NCBI GenBank assembly: GCA_964016885.1
Contig: OZ024746.1
Coordinates: forward strand, 2,728,001 to 2,792,000
Length of the DNA: 64,000 nt
From: Eledone cirrhosa
Taxonomy: Eukaryota
Reading direction: 5' to 3'
Part shown: positions 28,284 through 44,518 of the stretch, piece after piece
Numbering within the stretch: position 1 is the stretch's first letter
Layout of the letters: the number at the start of each line of letters is the position of its first letter
Program-made: the position numbers and the translations under genes
Notes under the pieces: model-generated
Databases searched by the model: none
The model's input: the letters and a program-made list of their open reading frames with translations, nothing else
What the model was told of the DNA's origin: nothing

Positions 28284-30642
28284 GTCTGATATTTCCAAGA
28301 ATAACATCTCCAAGTATATTCAATAACATCTACAGATATTCAATAATATCTAGTAGAATAACATCTTGTTTATTCAACATTACAATATCCAAGTTGAATA
28401 TTGTAGTAGTAACCAATGAATATTCCACATTCATAGTTATATTATTTGTGTAATAGATGCACTGTTTATTTCTTCAAGTATTGAAAGGTTAAAGGAATAC
28501 AACCTATTAATTTGTAATTTAATTACTATTTAGTAATTAGTGTTTGATAAGTAATTGTCTTACATACCCAGGAACAAATCCTTTATTATGAAAGTATTTA
28601 TGATTTTCAATTAAGAGAACCAATTAAGAACATGTCTGTAATTTTTTTTATTACAAACCAGTTTATGTTGATTTTATTTTATTTTATATTATTAATGTTT
28701 AGCCATGTATCAGTCTTGATTGAGCTGACCTTTAATCAATGATAACTAGTAGGGTATGATTTGAGGGAATTTGGTTGTTGTGTCTAGCAGGACAAGTGAC
28801 CATATAGAGGCTTCGTTGGTGGCATTATGTATAATATTTGACTTATGAGAGAAAAGAGTGAATGGGGTAGGACCGTTGTAATAATAGATAGAACTTGGTA
28901 AGTTTATTAACTTTATTTACCTAATCCATGATGTAGGCTTATGTAATTTAAAAGTAGAATGTCTAAGTTATGTTTGGGTAGCTTCTAATTTTGTTTTTGA
29001 TTCATGTGTAAAAATACCAACCTTTACTGAATTGTGAATACCTCCACAAACTTCTCAATGTAAGATATTCCAATGTTGAAGAAGATGAAGAGTGACCTTA
29101 GTTAAGAAGTAAAGTGAGAGATTGATTCTTAATCAACTTGTTTATTGCAGATCTATTATAAATAATTCTGTTTGTGACTGTCCCTAACATCTCAATCTGT
29201 TTTATAATTGCCATAGACGTTAACAATCAATTGCTTTTCTCTCAGTTGACACATGTAATATCTGTCTATCTACCTCTATTACCTTACACAGTTGCTTCAG
29301 TGATTTACTTTTTCTGCCACACGAAGCAGATATCCCATTTTAATAGATGATTGGCTGAAGTAAGAGAAGGTATCCAGCCATGAAAACTGGATTCAGGCAA
29401 GTGTGTGCACAGGCTTATGTGTAATCACAAATCATTATAAATTTATGAAAGCTATATTTAATTTTCTATCAAGTATTTATCATATATAGTCAAATATATA
29501 CAAAAATACAGAGACATTTACTAAATAGTTCAGTAGACTACTTATCTTAGTTCCAACCTTTATCCTATGCATCTTTCATTAAACACTGTTCATAATCTTT
29601 CTTATGCAGCTGTTTTACTGTAATTACAAAATCTATTGTTTCAAAACTAGTATCACTCTCCTTTCAATATTGTTTCACTCGATTACTCCAGTTAATCTCA
29701 GCTGACTATAAGCTAAGCTTTTATTCTCTGAAACATTGCATGAAAAATGTAATCTCCCCAAATCATTTTAGTTAAAGTCTAACTTTGAAAAAGTATCAAA
29801 TAGCATCACTTATCTGGCTTCCCAATGTGCAGAAGTAAATTCAAGATACAACCTGGCTAGGATGCTTGTCAAGCAGAAGTTAAATTCTTTAACATGTGAC
29901 TATGTTCAGTTCAGTTAGATTAGACCAAGTAAAATTAATTGCCTTCACTAAGAACATTTAACAAAGCCATCCATCAACTTTTGAGCTCATCATAATCCAC
30001 TTGTCTATTTGGTGATGTAAAAAGTGTTATGTATTATGTTGAATAAAGATTTAACTTGTATAGCTACTTATTACAATTGCAACCTGCCATTGATGTACCT
30101 CAGTTTCTCATTTTATGTTGTCATGCTGCTAACAAGGGACTTTGCAGGAATCATTTAAATTCTAAATCACTGGATATCCACAATGTCTCTCTCTCTACAC
30201 ACACATGCTCTCTCTCTCTCTACACACACACACATGCTCTCTCTCTCTCTCTACATACACACACACTCTCTCTCCCTACACACACACACACTCTCTCTCC
30301 CCCACACACATACATACACCATACACGCACACACTCTCTCTCTCATTAATAAGGAAATCTTGATACGTCAAGAAAGGTGTTGAAAAGGGACAATTTCCTG
30401 ACAGCATATCCCTTAATTAATTCCTTTTATAGAAAGTTGAGCTAATTACTTAGAAGTATTGCTAATTAATTAATAACTAAAGCTGTGGTCACAACAGGAA
30501 ATCAAATGAATTCCTCATATATCATCTTCAAATACAAAGTGTTACAGAACCATGAGAGTAATTAACTTGATAAACTAACTTATAGAATCATGTCTTTTCT
30601 CACATTCTACACAACTCTATTTATATTGAGCTGGTAAAAAAC

Positions 30643-30960
30643 TACTCTTAGGTCTCAAATAATCTTCCCCACGCCACTTAGCAATTTTTCAGATTTTTTT
30701 CCACCTCCACCCCACCCCGTCCTGATTAAATTTTGCTAATTTATCTCAGGCGAAATTTTATTTTAAGTGGTAGCATTCTTTCAACAATTCATTTTCTTTT
30801 GACATTAAAAACGTTATACATGACAAAAGTACATTACAAGAAATCCTTTGTTATAAAATAGGATGGGTTGGGGTCTCATATGTAAACTAAACGACTAATT
30901 CTGGTTTAAAAAAAAAACAATGGAGACAACCTAGAAAAATTACTGATTTTCCACCTCCAA
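30643..30960. mobile_element. TA-type MITE, reverse-complement copy of 359-690
   Basis: Shared blocks include AAACTAAACGACTAATTCTG, GAGACAACCTAGAAAAATTAC and TCTCAGGCGAAATTTT. Confidence 0.7.
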
Positions 30961-31165
30961 CTAGATTAGAGGAATGACAAGCAATGTGCTACTGAAGGAA
31001 ATTAGTAATATGTATGTATGTATCATATTACATGGCTATTTCATATCTGCTATGTTATTTCACTATTATCATCTCTGGGTCAATAAAATGGTTAGATTCA
31101 GTTGACTATATACTTCCATATAAATGGATAAATATGTAGAGGCATCATTTAACATCTGGTTTATT

Positions 31166-31198
<33 letters not shown>

Positions 31199-31201
31199 GT
31201 A

Positions 31202-31244
<43 letters not shown>

Positions 31245-31351
31245 CCAGGAAAACGGATGTTAAATGATGATGCAAGCATAAAAAAGTGGATGTAAAAATA
31301 TTATCATCATCATTTTACGTCCGCTTTTCCCTGCTTGCAAGGGTGGGACTG

Positions 31352-35131
<3,780 letters not shown>

Positions 35132-35481
35132 GGAGGCACATGGCTTAGTGGTTAGAGCATTGGCCTTGCAATCGAAAGGTTGTGAGTTCAATTCTCAGAC
35201 CGGGTGATGTGTTGTTTCCTTGAGCAAGACACTTTATTTCACATTGCTCCAGTTTACTCAGCTGTAGAAATGAGATGATAGGGACTGGGGTCCCTATCAT
35301 TCCACTGCAAAGTGGTCGTGGAGGTGCCACGGCAAAAAAGCAACCAGCACTCACTGTAAATGGGGTTTGTGTTAGGAAGGGCATCCAGCTGTAGAAATCA
35401 AGCCAGAATCGGTTCCCGTCCCACCCTTGCAAGCAGGGAAAAGTGGACGTAAAATGAAATGATGATGATGATGATGATGAT
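35132..35481 (+). mobile_element. SINE family A (copy 2, full length)
   Basis: tRNA head with A/B boxes, CORE-like block, 11-bp hairpin, RTE tail and (ATG)n. Confidence 0.93.
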
Positions 35482-35530
35482 ATATATATGTATATATATA
35501 TGTATATGTATATATGTATATGTATATATG

Positions 35531-35575
<45 letters not shown>

Positions 35576-35577
<2 letters not shown>

Positions 35578-35894
35578 AGGCACATGGCTTAGTGGTTAGA
35601 GCATTAGCCTTGCAATTGAAAGGTTGTGAGTTCAATTCTCAGACCGGGTGATGTGTTGTTTCCTTGAGCAAGACACTTTATTTCACATTGCTCCAGTTTA
35701 CTCAGCTGTAGAAATGAGATGATAGGACTGGGGTCCCTATCATTCCACTGCAAAGTGGTCGTGCAGGTGCCACGGCAAAAAAGCACCCAGCACTCACTGT
35801 AAATGAGGGCATCCAGCTGTAGAAATCAAGCCAGAATCAGTTCCCGTCCCACCCTTGCAAGCAGGGAAAAGCGGATGTAAAATGATGATGAGGA

Positions 35895-35898
<4 letters not shown>
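35576..35898 (+). mobile_element. SINE family A (copy 3, internal deletion)
   Basis: As copy 2, but lacks the GTTGGTGTTAGGA segment. Confidence 0.93.
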
Positions 35899-35942
<44 letters not shown>

Positions 35943-35944
35943 AA

Positions 35945-36100
35945 TACAGTGAAATTCCGGTATAATGAAATTCATGGGGTATAAAAAAAGATTTTGTTGT
36001 AACGAAAAATTCTTCATAACAAGATCGACCTAACACATTGAGCGTGTGGCTGGGGATTGAAAAATTTTATCTGTATTATTCTTGAATTTCAATTTGTGTA
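35945..36100. mobile_element. pogo/Tigger-like MITE remnant
   Basis: Starts TA|CAGTGAAATTCCGGTATAATGAA. Degenerate inverted end GAATTTCAATTTGTG|TA. Confidence 0.45.
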
Positions 36101-36589
36101 TAAAACTATATATCACATACATGGCATCAAATGGTTAAATAATATATCAGATATAATAGTGTTTTTTGGGGTCGGGGTGCAAGGTCTAAAACTTACTGAT
36201 AAAGGGAAAAGGTTGATGTGATGATGTTCATGCCTTTCACAAAAGCATTATCAAGATAATTTAAATTATTTGACTTTAACTGATAATCTAATATATATTT
36301 ACTACGACGATGATGATGATACTAGTCAGGGAAGATTATTAATGCATATTTTTATTTCTCATCACAGAACACACTGCAGAATGTAACATTTTAAAAGTGT
36401 CAGCTTTATTTACTCAGTGATCAAAACTGTTATTTGGTGGTATAAATGTTGAAAATTGCTTGTTACTGACTGAATATTAATGATAATGTGTAGCATCTGT
36501 GTTAATATATTGAACATCTGAGATGTACAAATTATATGGAATTCTTCTGAGGAAAGTATTAATATCAGACTTTGAAATTACACCATGTT

Positions 36590-36860
36590 ATCATCATCAT
36601 CATCATCATCTTTGTTTAACTTCCATTTTCCACGCTAGCATGGGTTAGACGGGAGTTGTCCGACTTTAGGCAAGATTGGTTGTCTTGCTCAGGACTGTCT
36701 GGCAGGTTTTCTACGGCTGGATGCCCTTCCTAACACCAACCACGTTTACAGTGTGGACTGGGAGGTTTTTACTGTGTTACCTACACGGCCACATTACAGC
36801 GTGGACTGTGTTTTTTTTTGTCATGACACCTACACGACCTCATTTGTTTAGGACTGGATG
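36590..36860 (-). mobile_element. 5'-truncated RTE-family 3' UTR
   Basis: (CAT)n-...TTCCACGCTAGCATGGGTTAGACGGG...GGATGCCCTTCCTAACACCAACC, related to 51890-52151. Confidence 0.75.
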
Positions 36861-36974
36861 TTGTGGTACCAACATATCTTCTTCTAACATTATTCTTCAA
36901 CATTATCTTCTTCTAATCCCAATGTGACATGATTTTTTGACCCACATTATAAGAAATCATACTTCAAGCTCCTT

Positions 36975-37800
36975 CTTGCTATTCCATCCTCCTCCCTCTT
37001 GCTATTCCATCCTCCTCCCTCTTGCTATTCCATCCTCCTCCCTCTTGCTATTCCATCCTCCTCTCTCTTGCTATTCCATCCTCCTCCCTCTTGCTATTCC
37101 ATCCTCCTCCCTCTTGCTATTCCATCCTCCTCTCTCTTGCTATTCCATCCTCCTCCCTCTTGCTATTCCATCCTCCTCCCTCTTGCTATTCCATCCTCCT
37201 CCCTCTTGCTATTCCATCCTCCTCCCTCTTGCTATTCCATCCTCCTCCCTCTTGCTATTCCATCCTCCTCCCTCTTGCTATTCCATCCTCCTCCCTCTTG
37301 CTATTCCATCCTCCTCCCTCTTGCTATTCCATCCTCCTCCCTCTTGCTATTCCATCCTCCTCCCTCTTGCTATTCCATCCTCCTCCCTCTTGCTATTCCA
37401 TCCTCCTCCCTCTTGCTATTCCATCCTCCTCCCTCTTGCTATTCCATCCTCCTCCCTCTTGCTATTCCATCCTCCTCCCTCTTGCTATTCCATCCTCCTC
37501 CCTCTTGCTATTCCATCCTCCTCCCTCTTGCTATTCCATCCTCCTCCCTCTTGCTATTCCATCCTCCTCCCTCTTGCTATTCCATCCTCCTCTCTCTTGC
37601 TATTCCATCCTCCTCCCTCTTGCTATTCCATCCTCCTCCCTCTTGCTATTCCATCCTCCTCCCTCTTGCTATTCCATCCTCCTCCCTCTTGCTATTCCAT
37701 CCTCCTCCCTCTTGCTATTCCATCCTCCTCCCTCTTGCTATTCCATCCTCCTCCCTCTTGCTATTCCATCCTCCTCCCTCTTGCTATTCCATCCTCCTCC
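36975..37800. repeat. 23-bp minisatellite CTTGCTATTCCATCCTCCTCCCT (~36 near-identical units), followed by a C-rich tract at 37885-38212
   Basis: Direct inspection. Confidence 0.96.
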
Positions 37801-38937
37801 ATTGTCAATGATAAGTCAAGTTATGTTTGGTTTGTTAATGAAAGTTTTAAAACTTACTATGGCTACTTCAATTTCACCCATATACCCCCTCCCTCCCCCC
37901 CTCCCCTCTCCTCGCCCATCCTCTCCCCCCCATCCCCCCCCCTTCTCCCCCCCCCCATCTCCCCCCTCCCCTCTCCCCCCCACCCCCCCATCTCTCTCTC
38001 CCCCACCCCCCATCTCTCTCTCCCCACCCCCCATCTCTCTCTCCCATCTCTCTCTCCCATCTCTCTCCCCACCCCCTCCCCCCTCTTCCCCATCCCCTCC
38101 TCCCCTCTCTCCTTCCTCCCTCCTCTCTCCTTCCTCCCTCCTCTCTCCCCCCTCCCCCCTCCCCCCTCCCTCCCCCCTCCCCCCTCCCCCCTCCCTCCTC
38201 TCTCCTCCCCTCACTTGATCAGCCTCATTTTCACAGCTAACCATTTACCAGGGAATTAAGGAGTTTACAAAAAAAGGGAAAAACAAATAAAAGAATGTGT
38301 ATGCATGTGTGTATGTGTGTGTGTGTATGTGTGTGTGTGTGTGCATGTGTGTTTCATTTTTGAAATGCCAACATTTTTTATCCTCTTTTAATCACTTGAT
38401 AGTGGTGCCATAATATCCCTATTGCATCAATAATCTATTATATACTTAGAAATACTGCGCAGTGCAGAGTAAATAAACGTGTTCTACATCAGTTAAATCA
38501 ATACTGAGGAACTGTGATATCTACGTAAAGCAAATAAACTTTACATTTTTTCTTACACCACCACCACTCTCTCACATATATGCATGCTCACATGCGCACA
38601 CATACACAGACACACACACACGCGCACACAGACACAGACACACACACACACGCGCATGCGCACATGCACACACATTCACATGTGCACATGCACACACATT
38701 CACATGCACATATGCACATGCATGTTCACATAATGGCATGAATCCTTACAAATACATTGTAAATAGTGGCATTCATAATAGAATCCCAAGTAAAACAGTC
38801 CTCAATTAGTTGAAATCATATTCTATATAGTTTGTAATTTTTCTTTTCATTTTTCAATGTCAAAAATTATATTTAGATTTACTGATCAACATTAACTTTC
38901 AGACATTTTTTGTTTACTTCTCTCTATCTATCTATAT

Positions 38938-39308
38938 TCTTTTTTTCAAATACCACTTTGGAAGAAGAATCAGGATGGAGAGAGAGGTGCTGTACTCCAG
39001 CAAGTTTTATGAAAGGTGGGTGCAAGTGGCGAGAATGGCCCAAGTGAATGGGCCTTCTCTCTATAACAGCCTGTAGGTTGAGGAAAAGGAGGAGGAGAGG
39101 AAAGGAGTACAAACTCTTCGTACTCCTGGAGATTAGGGTTGCACATTTTTTCGGAGGTATGTGTTACCCATATGAAATGTCTCCCCCTGTTGGGGAAAAT
39201 CGACTAATTTTTAAATTGCATTTGTGATATTTTACACATTTTTATTGTATGTAAACTTCCCCCTTTGTATTGTCCCCTTCTTTTGTGCCCCTGTGGCTAA
39301 TAAAAAAA
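38938..39308 (+). mobile_element. 5'-truncated L1/Tx1-like LINE 3' end
   Basis: ORF end RIRMEREVLYSSKFYERWVQVARMAQVNGPSLYNSL*, then a 3' UTR, AATAAA and an A-tail. A 15-bp TSD TCTATCTATCTATAT lies at 38923-38937 and 39309-39323. The clade is assigned from recall. Confidence 0.7.
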
Positions 39309-40167
39309 TCTATCTATCTATATATATATATATATCCACACACACACACACACATCCGTACATCATCACCATTTAACGTCTTATTTTCCATGCTTGCATG
39401 GATCAGATGGGTCGTCCTCGCTATGAGGCAAGTGTGGCTAGTTGGCCATGTTGAACCTTGCTCAAATGGAACTACATTTTGGCTGGGTTATTTTACATCT
39501 GGATGCCCTTCCCAAAACCAACCACCTTTACAGTGTGAAACTGGGTGGTTCCATTATGAGGATATATATAGAGAGAGATATAGATATACTTCTGCATTTT
39601 GCTTTATATTTTATCAGAGAAGAGGGATAGAATATCATAAGACTGTTCACATTGCAACTACCACTTTGATTTTATAAACCCTTATCAGAGTTTACTGTTA
39701 CATGTATTTAGACCTTCACCACTGGTGTTTCTTCCTGTAGACATTAACTTGCAAGTGGTCAGGCTGAACATTAATTATATCAATTTCAAAGTCTGAGAAA
39801 GCCTGCAGATGTCATGGACATAACCCTTCCTCTCTTGACTAATATATTAAAAAAATTGTTGGATATACTTGCAATATATATACTATAAATTATGTCCTTA
39901 GAATCATATGATAAGATATATACTCAATTTCCTCTCCCAATTAGCATAATCAACTACACAAAAAACCAATTAAACCAGGCTATAAGGTTAAAAGACACCT
40001 GTGAAGAAATAATAGATAAATAAATGATAGCCATCTATTCACTATCAACAGCCATAGAATATTTACCCAGCATTTCAATAGCACGATTAAATTTATCGTC
40101 AACCATACACAATTAGGTATAAAATTAAAGTTAGAAGAAAAAATGCATATACACATACCAGGATTAC

Positions 40168-40249
40168 GTTTCTACCCTTTTGGGTTTCATTCGCTTTCGG
40201 AAATATCCTATCAAGGATAACTTCTCGAGCTTCGAACTCATCAGGAAAC
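40168..40249 (-). ncRNA. Type I hammerhead ribozyme (intact core) in a Penelope-like remnant (~40010-40278)
   Basis: Minus strand: stem I GTTTC, CTGATGA, long stem II (G-TTCG...TATCCT tgat AGGATA...CGAA-T), GAA, stem III ACCC aaaa GGGT, A (GUA site), stem I' GAAAC. Confidence 0.88.
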
Positions 40250-40480
40250 AAACTCACTTGGACAAAGATTTTTCTTAAATATATATATATATATATCACT
40301 ATTTAGTTAGGGGAGTGACCATGACCCCTTTTAAGGCATTCAAAACTCGTTGAAGAGAGAGAGGAAGTTATGCTGAAACTGAAAATGAGGCCTGAATGCT
40401 TGCAACATAGTGAATTTTGCAAACAAAGCCAAAAGCCATTCAGAGAAATTAAATTAACAAACAAATTAAGTTTAGCACCT

Positions 40481-40757
40481 AAGTAGACTTCTCTAAAGAC
40501 TGTCAGAAGGCTTGTCATGCCAGTGCTTATCCTGATTTTGTGGCAGGAAGCAACTGAGAGTACAAGACTTTCCCTGGACAGGATGCCAGTCCATTGCAGG
40601 GTTAAATCCCCAACTATTTCTGGTACTTATTTTCAGCTGAGTATACTAGATGAGTGTGAAATGAAGTGTTTTACTCAAGAACACAACACAGCCCAGGAAT
40701 CGAACTCATCACATTATGATTGTAAGTCCAACACACTTACCACTAGGCCATGCACCT
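40481..40757 (-). mobile_element. tRNA/CORE-like SINE family B
   Basis: Reverse-complement homologue of 59237-59527. Confidence 0.8.
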
Positions 40758-42555
40758 AGTAGAATATAGTGGATGAAATACTGCAATCTAGTCCAGTGGT
40801 CTAACAATTCCACCAATTCACTGGACAGCTACCTTATTTTATAAGACTATGTTCACCTCAGTGAACGGCAAACCAGAATAAATGATTGCAAGGAATTTTG
40901 TCTGCCAGCTCTCTTGTTAGCATAACTGTTTATCTGTTTATCATCTTACCTGGGAAGGTGTGTGTGTGAATGAGTGATAGTGTGTGTGAGTGATAGTGTG
41001 TGTGTGTACACACACAAGTAATTGCAACTCTTTAGATCATGTGTCATACATTACCAACTATATTATTTACAGTTATAATGGTGCTATGTCTACTAGTGCT
41101 ACATAAATAGCTGTGGATATGATAAGTGAGATATCTCACTGACATCTACAATTTCAATTGTTATATGCAGCATTCATTGTGACAGATCTATGGAAATCAC
41201 AAAATGGAAAGACTTTCTTAAAATAAAATTGAAACCATTCTTTCTATAAGCTCTTGATATATATTATTGGTTTTTGTAATTTTTTTTTTTTTTGTTAATG
41301 GTAAATTTTGGCAGGAAAAAAATTCAGTATAAAAATTTGTTATGATAGCATTTTGAAAAATTGATCAGAAAATGATGGCATTGGTGATAGATGAGCTTTC
41401 AACTTATATCAATCTTCCTACATTATTCCATTTGACATGATTAAAAACATACATGCACGTGGGATAATTGTATATATATTGTATCATACATCTAATACTG
41501 TATGGACTAAGATCCCTATTGAAATGTCTCTGGCAAAAAGAGTTTTTCTATTGTGGTTTTAAATTTTGCTTTTGTTAACTGGTTAATTGCATTTTTTGTG
41601 GTGTTTTTTGTCTAGTTTCGATGTGTTGTATTTTGATGTTGAGTCACATTGTCAAGGTATTTTGATGTTGGGTCAAGGTGCATGGCCAAGTGGAAGTTTG
41701 TTAGGCTTACAATCACAGTAGCTGTGGAGGTGAACCTCATGGCAACAGTTAATTATCTCCAGTATCTGCAGTGAGATCCAGGGTTGCTTGAAAAGAGGTC
41801 TTGAGTTTTCTAGGATGTCATGCACAGACTGGTTGATGCTTCTGGGAGACTTTCAATTCCCCTTACACCATGTGTATTTGTGGATGCATGTGCTGGAGGA
41901 AATATTTATAATAGAGAGCCCATTCTTAAACAGATGTCTAATAAGATCATTCCATTCATATTTAGATCGGGATTGCTATTCCTTCCAATCTCTCCTTTCC
42001 ATGTCAGGTAGTCGGTACCAACATGTGCATTAAAGTCCTCTACTAGGATATATGACTCAGTCATAACTACATTTAATGTTGCAATTACTTCATTGAGGAA
42101 GGGTATTTGGGCTTTCTGTTTAGTACATAAACTTTACACCACTTACAAAGACTTTTCTTTCAATCTAAGCTTCAAGAGGCAAATCTACAGTACCAGAGCC
42201 ATGGGACATTGTTGAGGAAACCCTGACTATATCTAGCTGGTATACCCAGTAAACTCTGTAATGTGTTTAGTTATAGAAGGGGGGGGGCATTCAACTATAG
42301 AAAACTTGTGAAACGAAAGGTCAGGAGGACTCTTCAGCTGTGTCAAAGACATGACCTAATGCTTATGCCATGATAAAATACATCTGGTGCACTCTGTAGA
42401 ATGTGGGAACATATGTAAGTGAGATATACACTCCCAGATCATCTGAAATATCAATAGCACTGATTAAGCACCGTCTTGGTTTATGATAACCTGTCCAATT
42501 CTTGCTAGCAGGTAAAACATATTAAATTAGGACAGTGATGAAATATATATATATC

Positions 42556-42897
42556 AGAATGGAGGGGGTAAAAATCAGTTAGACTATATCTCACCAGAGT
42601 ACTCGATACTTGGGGTAGTAGAGTGTGTAATATGAAAAATTCAGGACCCCGAAAGCTGAGCTCCAGCCATTTCAAAAGCTAGATCCGAACTGAGTTCAGA
42701 TCTAGCTGTTGAAACAGCTACTGTGATCATAAGTTTAACAAACTTCCACTTGACCACGCACCTCGACAACCCAATCCAACACCAAAATAAAACACATCTA
42801 AACTAAGCAAAAAATGCAATTAACCAGTTCACAACAGCTAGATCTGAACTGAGAACTAGCTGTTGAAATGGTCAACCATCAGAGTCCTGAATTTTTC

Positions 42898-42900
<3 letters not shown>
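42556..42900. mobile_element. Family P1 element (copy 3) with two hairpin centres and inverted ends
   Basis: CACCAGAGTACTCGATACTT..CAGGACCCCG matches the 10110-10170 region. Hairpins at ~42677-42708 and ~42834-42864. Right end CCTGAATTTTTCATA is complementary to TATGAAAAATTCAGG. Confidence 0.6.
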
Positions 42901-42941
<41 letters not shown>

Positions 42942-43729
42942 AAGAATATTTTCAAAACAACACCAAAATATATATATATATGAGAAGCTAAGGGGGTTTT
43001 CACTTTCTGTTGGTAAATCGAACTTGTGAAATGATGATACAAATTAAATTTCTCTCTAAATTTCTACTCACTCTTGCCTGGTTTGCTTAGAAAAATTATA
43101 ATTTATATATGTATGTATATAGATTCTGTGTGTGTGTCAATATATATATATATATATCTATTTACTCTTTTTCAACACATTTATGTATCTAAACCTATTT
43201 ATCTATCTACCTCTCTGGCCATCTCTTTCTCTCTTCTTTTCTATATATCTATGTATTCTATGTCTGTCTCTCACCATATACATACACCAATGTAACAAGA
43301 CAAATATGCTATCTATCTGTTCCTCTGTCTAACCATCTGCCTGTTTCTACACTTCTCTACCTGTCTGTCTATATCTATTCACACACATTTATAGACAGGC
43401 AGCTGTAGTTATTTATATACAGATACATACATATTTATTATAGATAAATTTTATTGAAATCCAGTATAAATTAAGAGAGAGAGAGGAAGGAAGATATATT
43501 CAGAACAGATCAATATTGCCATCACACACAGGAGTTTGTAAATCACCTTCTAAACTTGGATTATAATTCAATTTCTCTGGAATGTTCCTATTATGGCTTG
43601 TTTTACATCATGACTAAGTTTTACAGGGAAGCTGAGACTAAAATTTTCACATATTTAAGAATCCTCAGGGGTCATGAATATATGTATATATCATCATCGT
43701 TTAACGTCCATCTTCCATGCAAGCATGGG

Positions 43730-43889
43730 TTCATTTTATTAAGGCTAAATAGTGAGTCTTGTTATCCTGGAGTTTCTCCTGTTTATCAAAGGGTCATCAG
43801 GCACAAACAGTTCTTGTCTAATGAGCCCCTGAAAAACAGGTGAAACTCCAGAGTAACAAGATTCACTATTTTAACCTTAATAAAATGAA
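43730..43889. ncRNA. Inverted pair of hammerhead-bearing pLTR copies (family P2)
   Basis: Plus strand 43812-43861: TCTTGT-CTAATGA-(CCTG aaaaa CAGG)-GAA-ACTC ca GAGT-A-ACAAGA. Minus strand 43757-43806: CTGATGA...GAAAC. Both arms are followed by AATAAA. Confidence 0.75.
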
Positions 43890-44518
43890 TATTAACTATA
43901 CTACAGTAATTTGAATAATAATAAATAATGAAAATTATTAGCCATCAACCACATACAGATATATATAAGGAACAAACTACCTGCATCAGTTGTTAGCTGT
44001 CGGAACACTGCATCCTTCAAAACTTCCATGCTTCCTGAAATTCACCAACACTACACACCCATGCATGTATGTGTGTCTGTGTGTATATCATGACTCATAC
44101 ACTGTTCACTTTCCTGGCATTTGTACATTATTCTATGTTACTATACATGCACATTTGATGAGTTGTAGTACACCTGAGCACTGTTCACAATAATTATCAT
44201 TATTATATATAATACAAAAGGTCTGAGAGAAGTAGTAGATTGGTGACTGGTGCTAATAAGACCAAAAATCACTGCAATATGGTAAGATAATAAAAGCAGT
44301 CATACTGCATTGACCTTCACAAGGGATAACAAGGGACACATTTAAGCCTTAGGTAGAGGCGCCTGTTTGAAAAATATATTACAGTCTCCATCTCGTGCTG
44401 TAAAAAACTGGCTATGGGCTTGTGATCTGTCTTGGGAGGAGTGGGATGAACACTCAAAGATTGCATATCTCGAGACCCCAAAGAGGGTTAAAAAAGGAGC
44501 AAACCTCATATGTATATA

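Noticed and set aside
35132-35205. tRNA gene (apparent TGC anticodon)
   Set aside because: The acceptor and anticodon stems do not pair, and the sequence continues into the CORE block and tail. It is a SINE head.
36937-38259. 440-aa Pro/Ser/Leu ORF
   Set aside because: A 23-bp minisatellite without stops, open in all three + frames.
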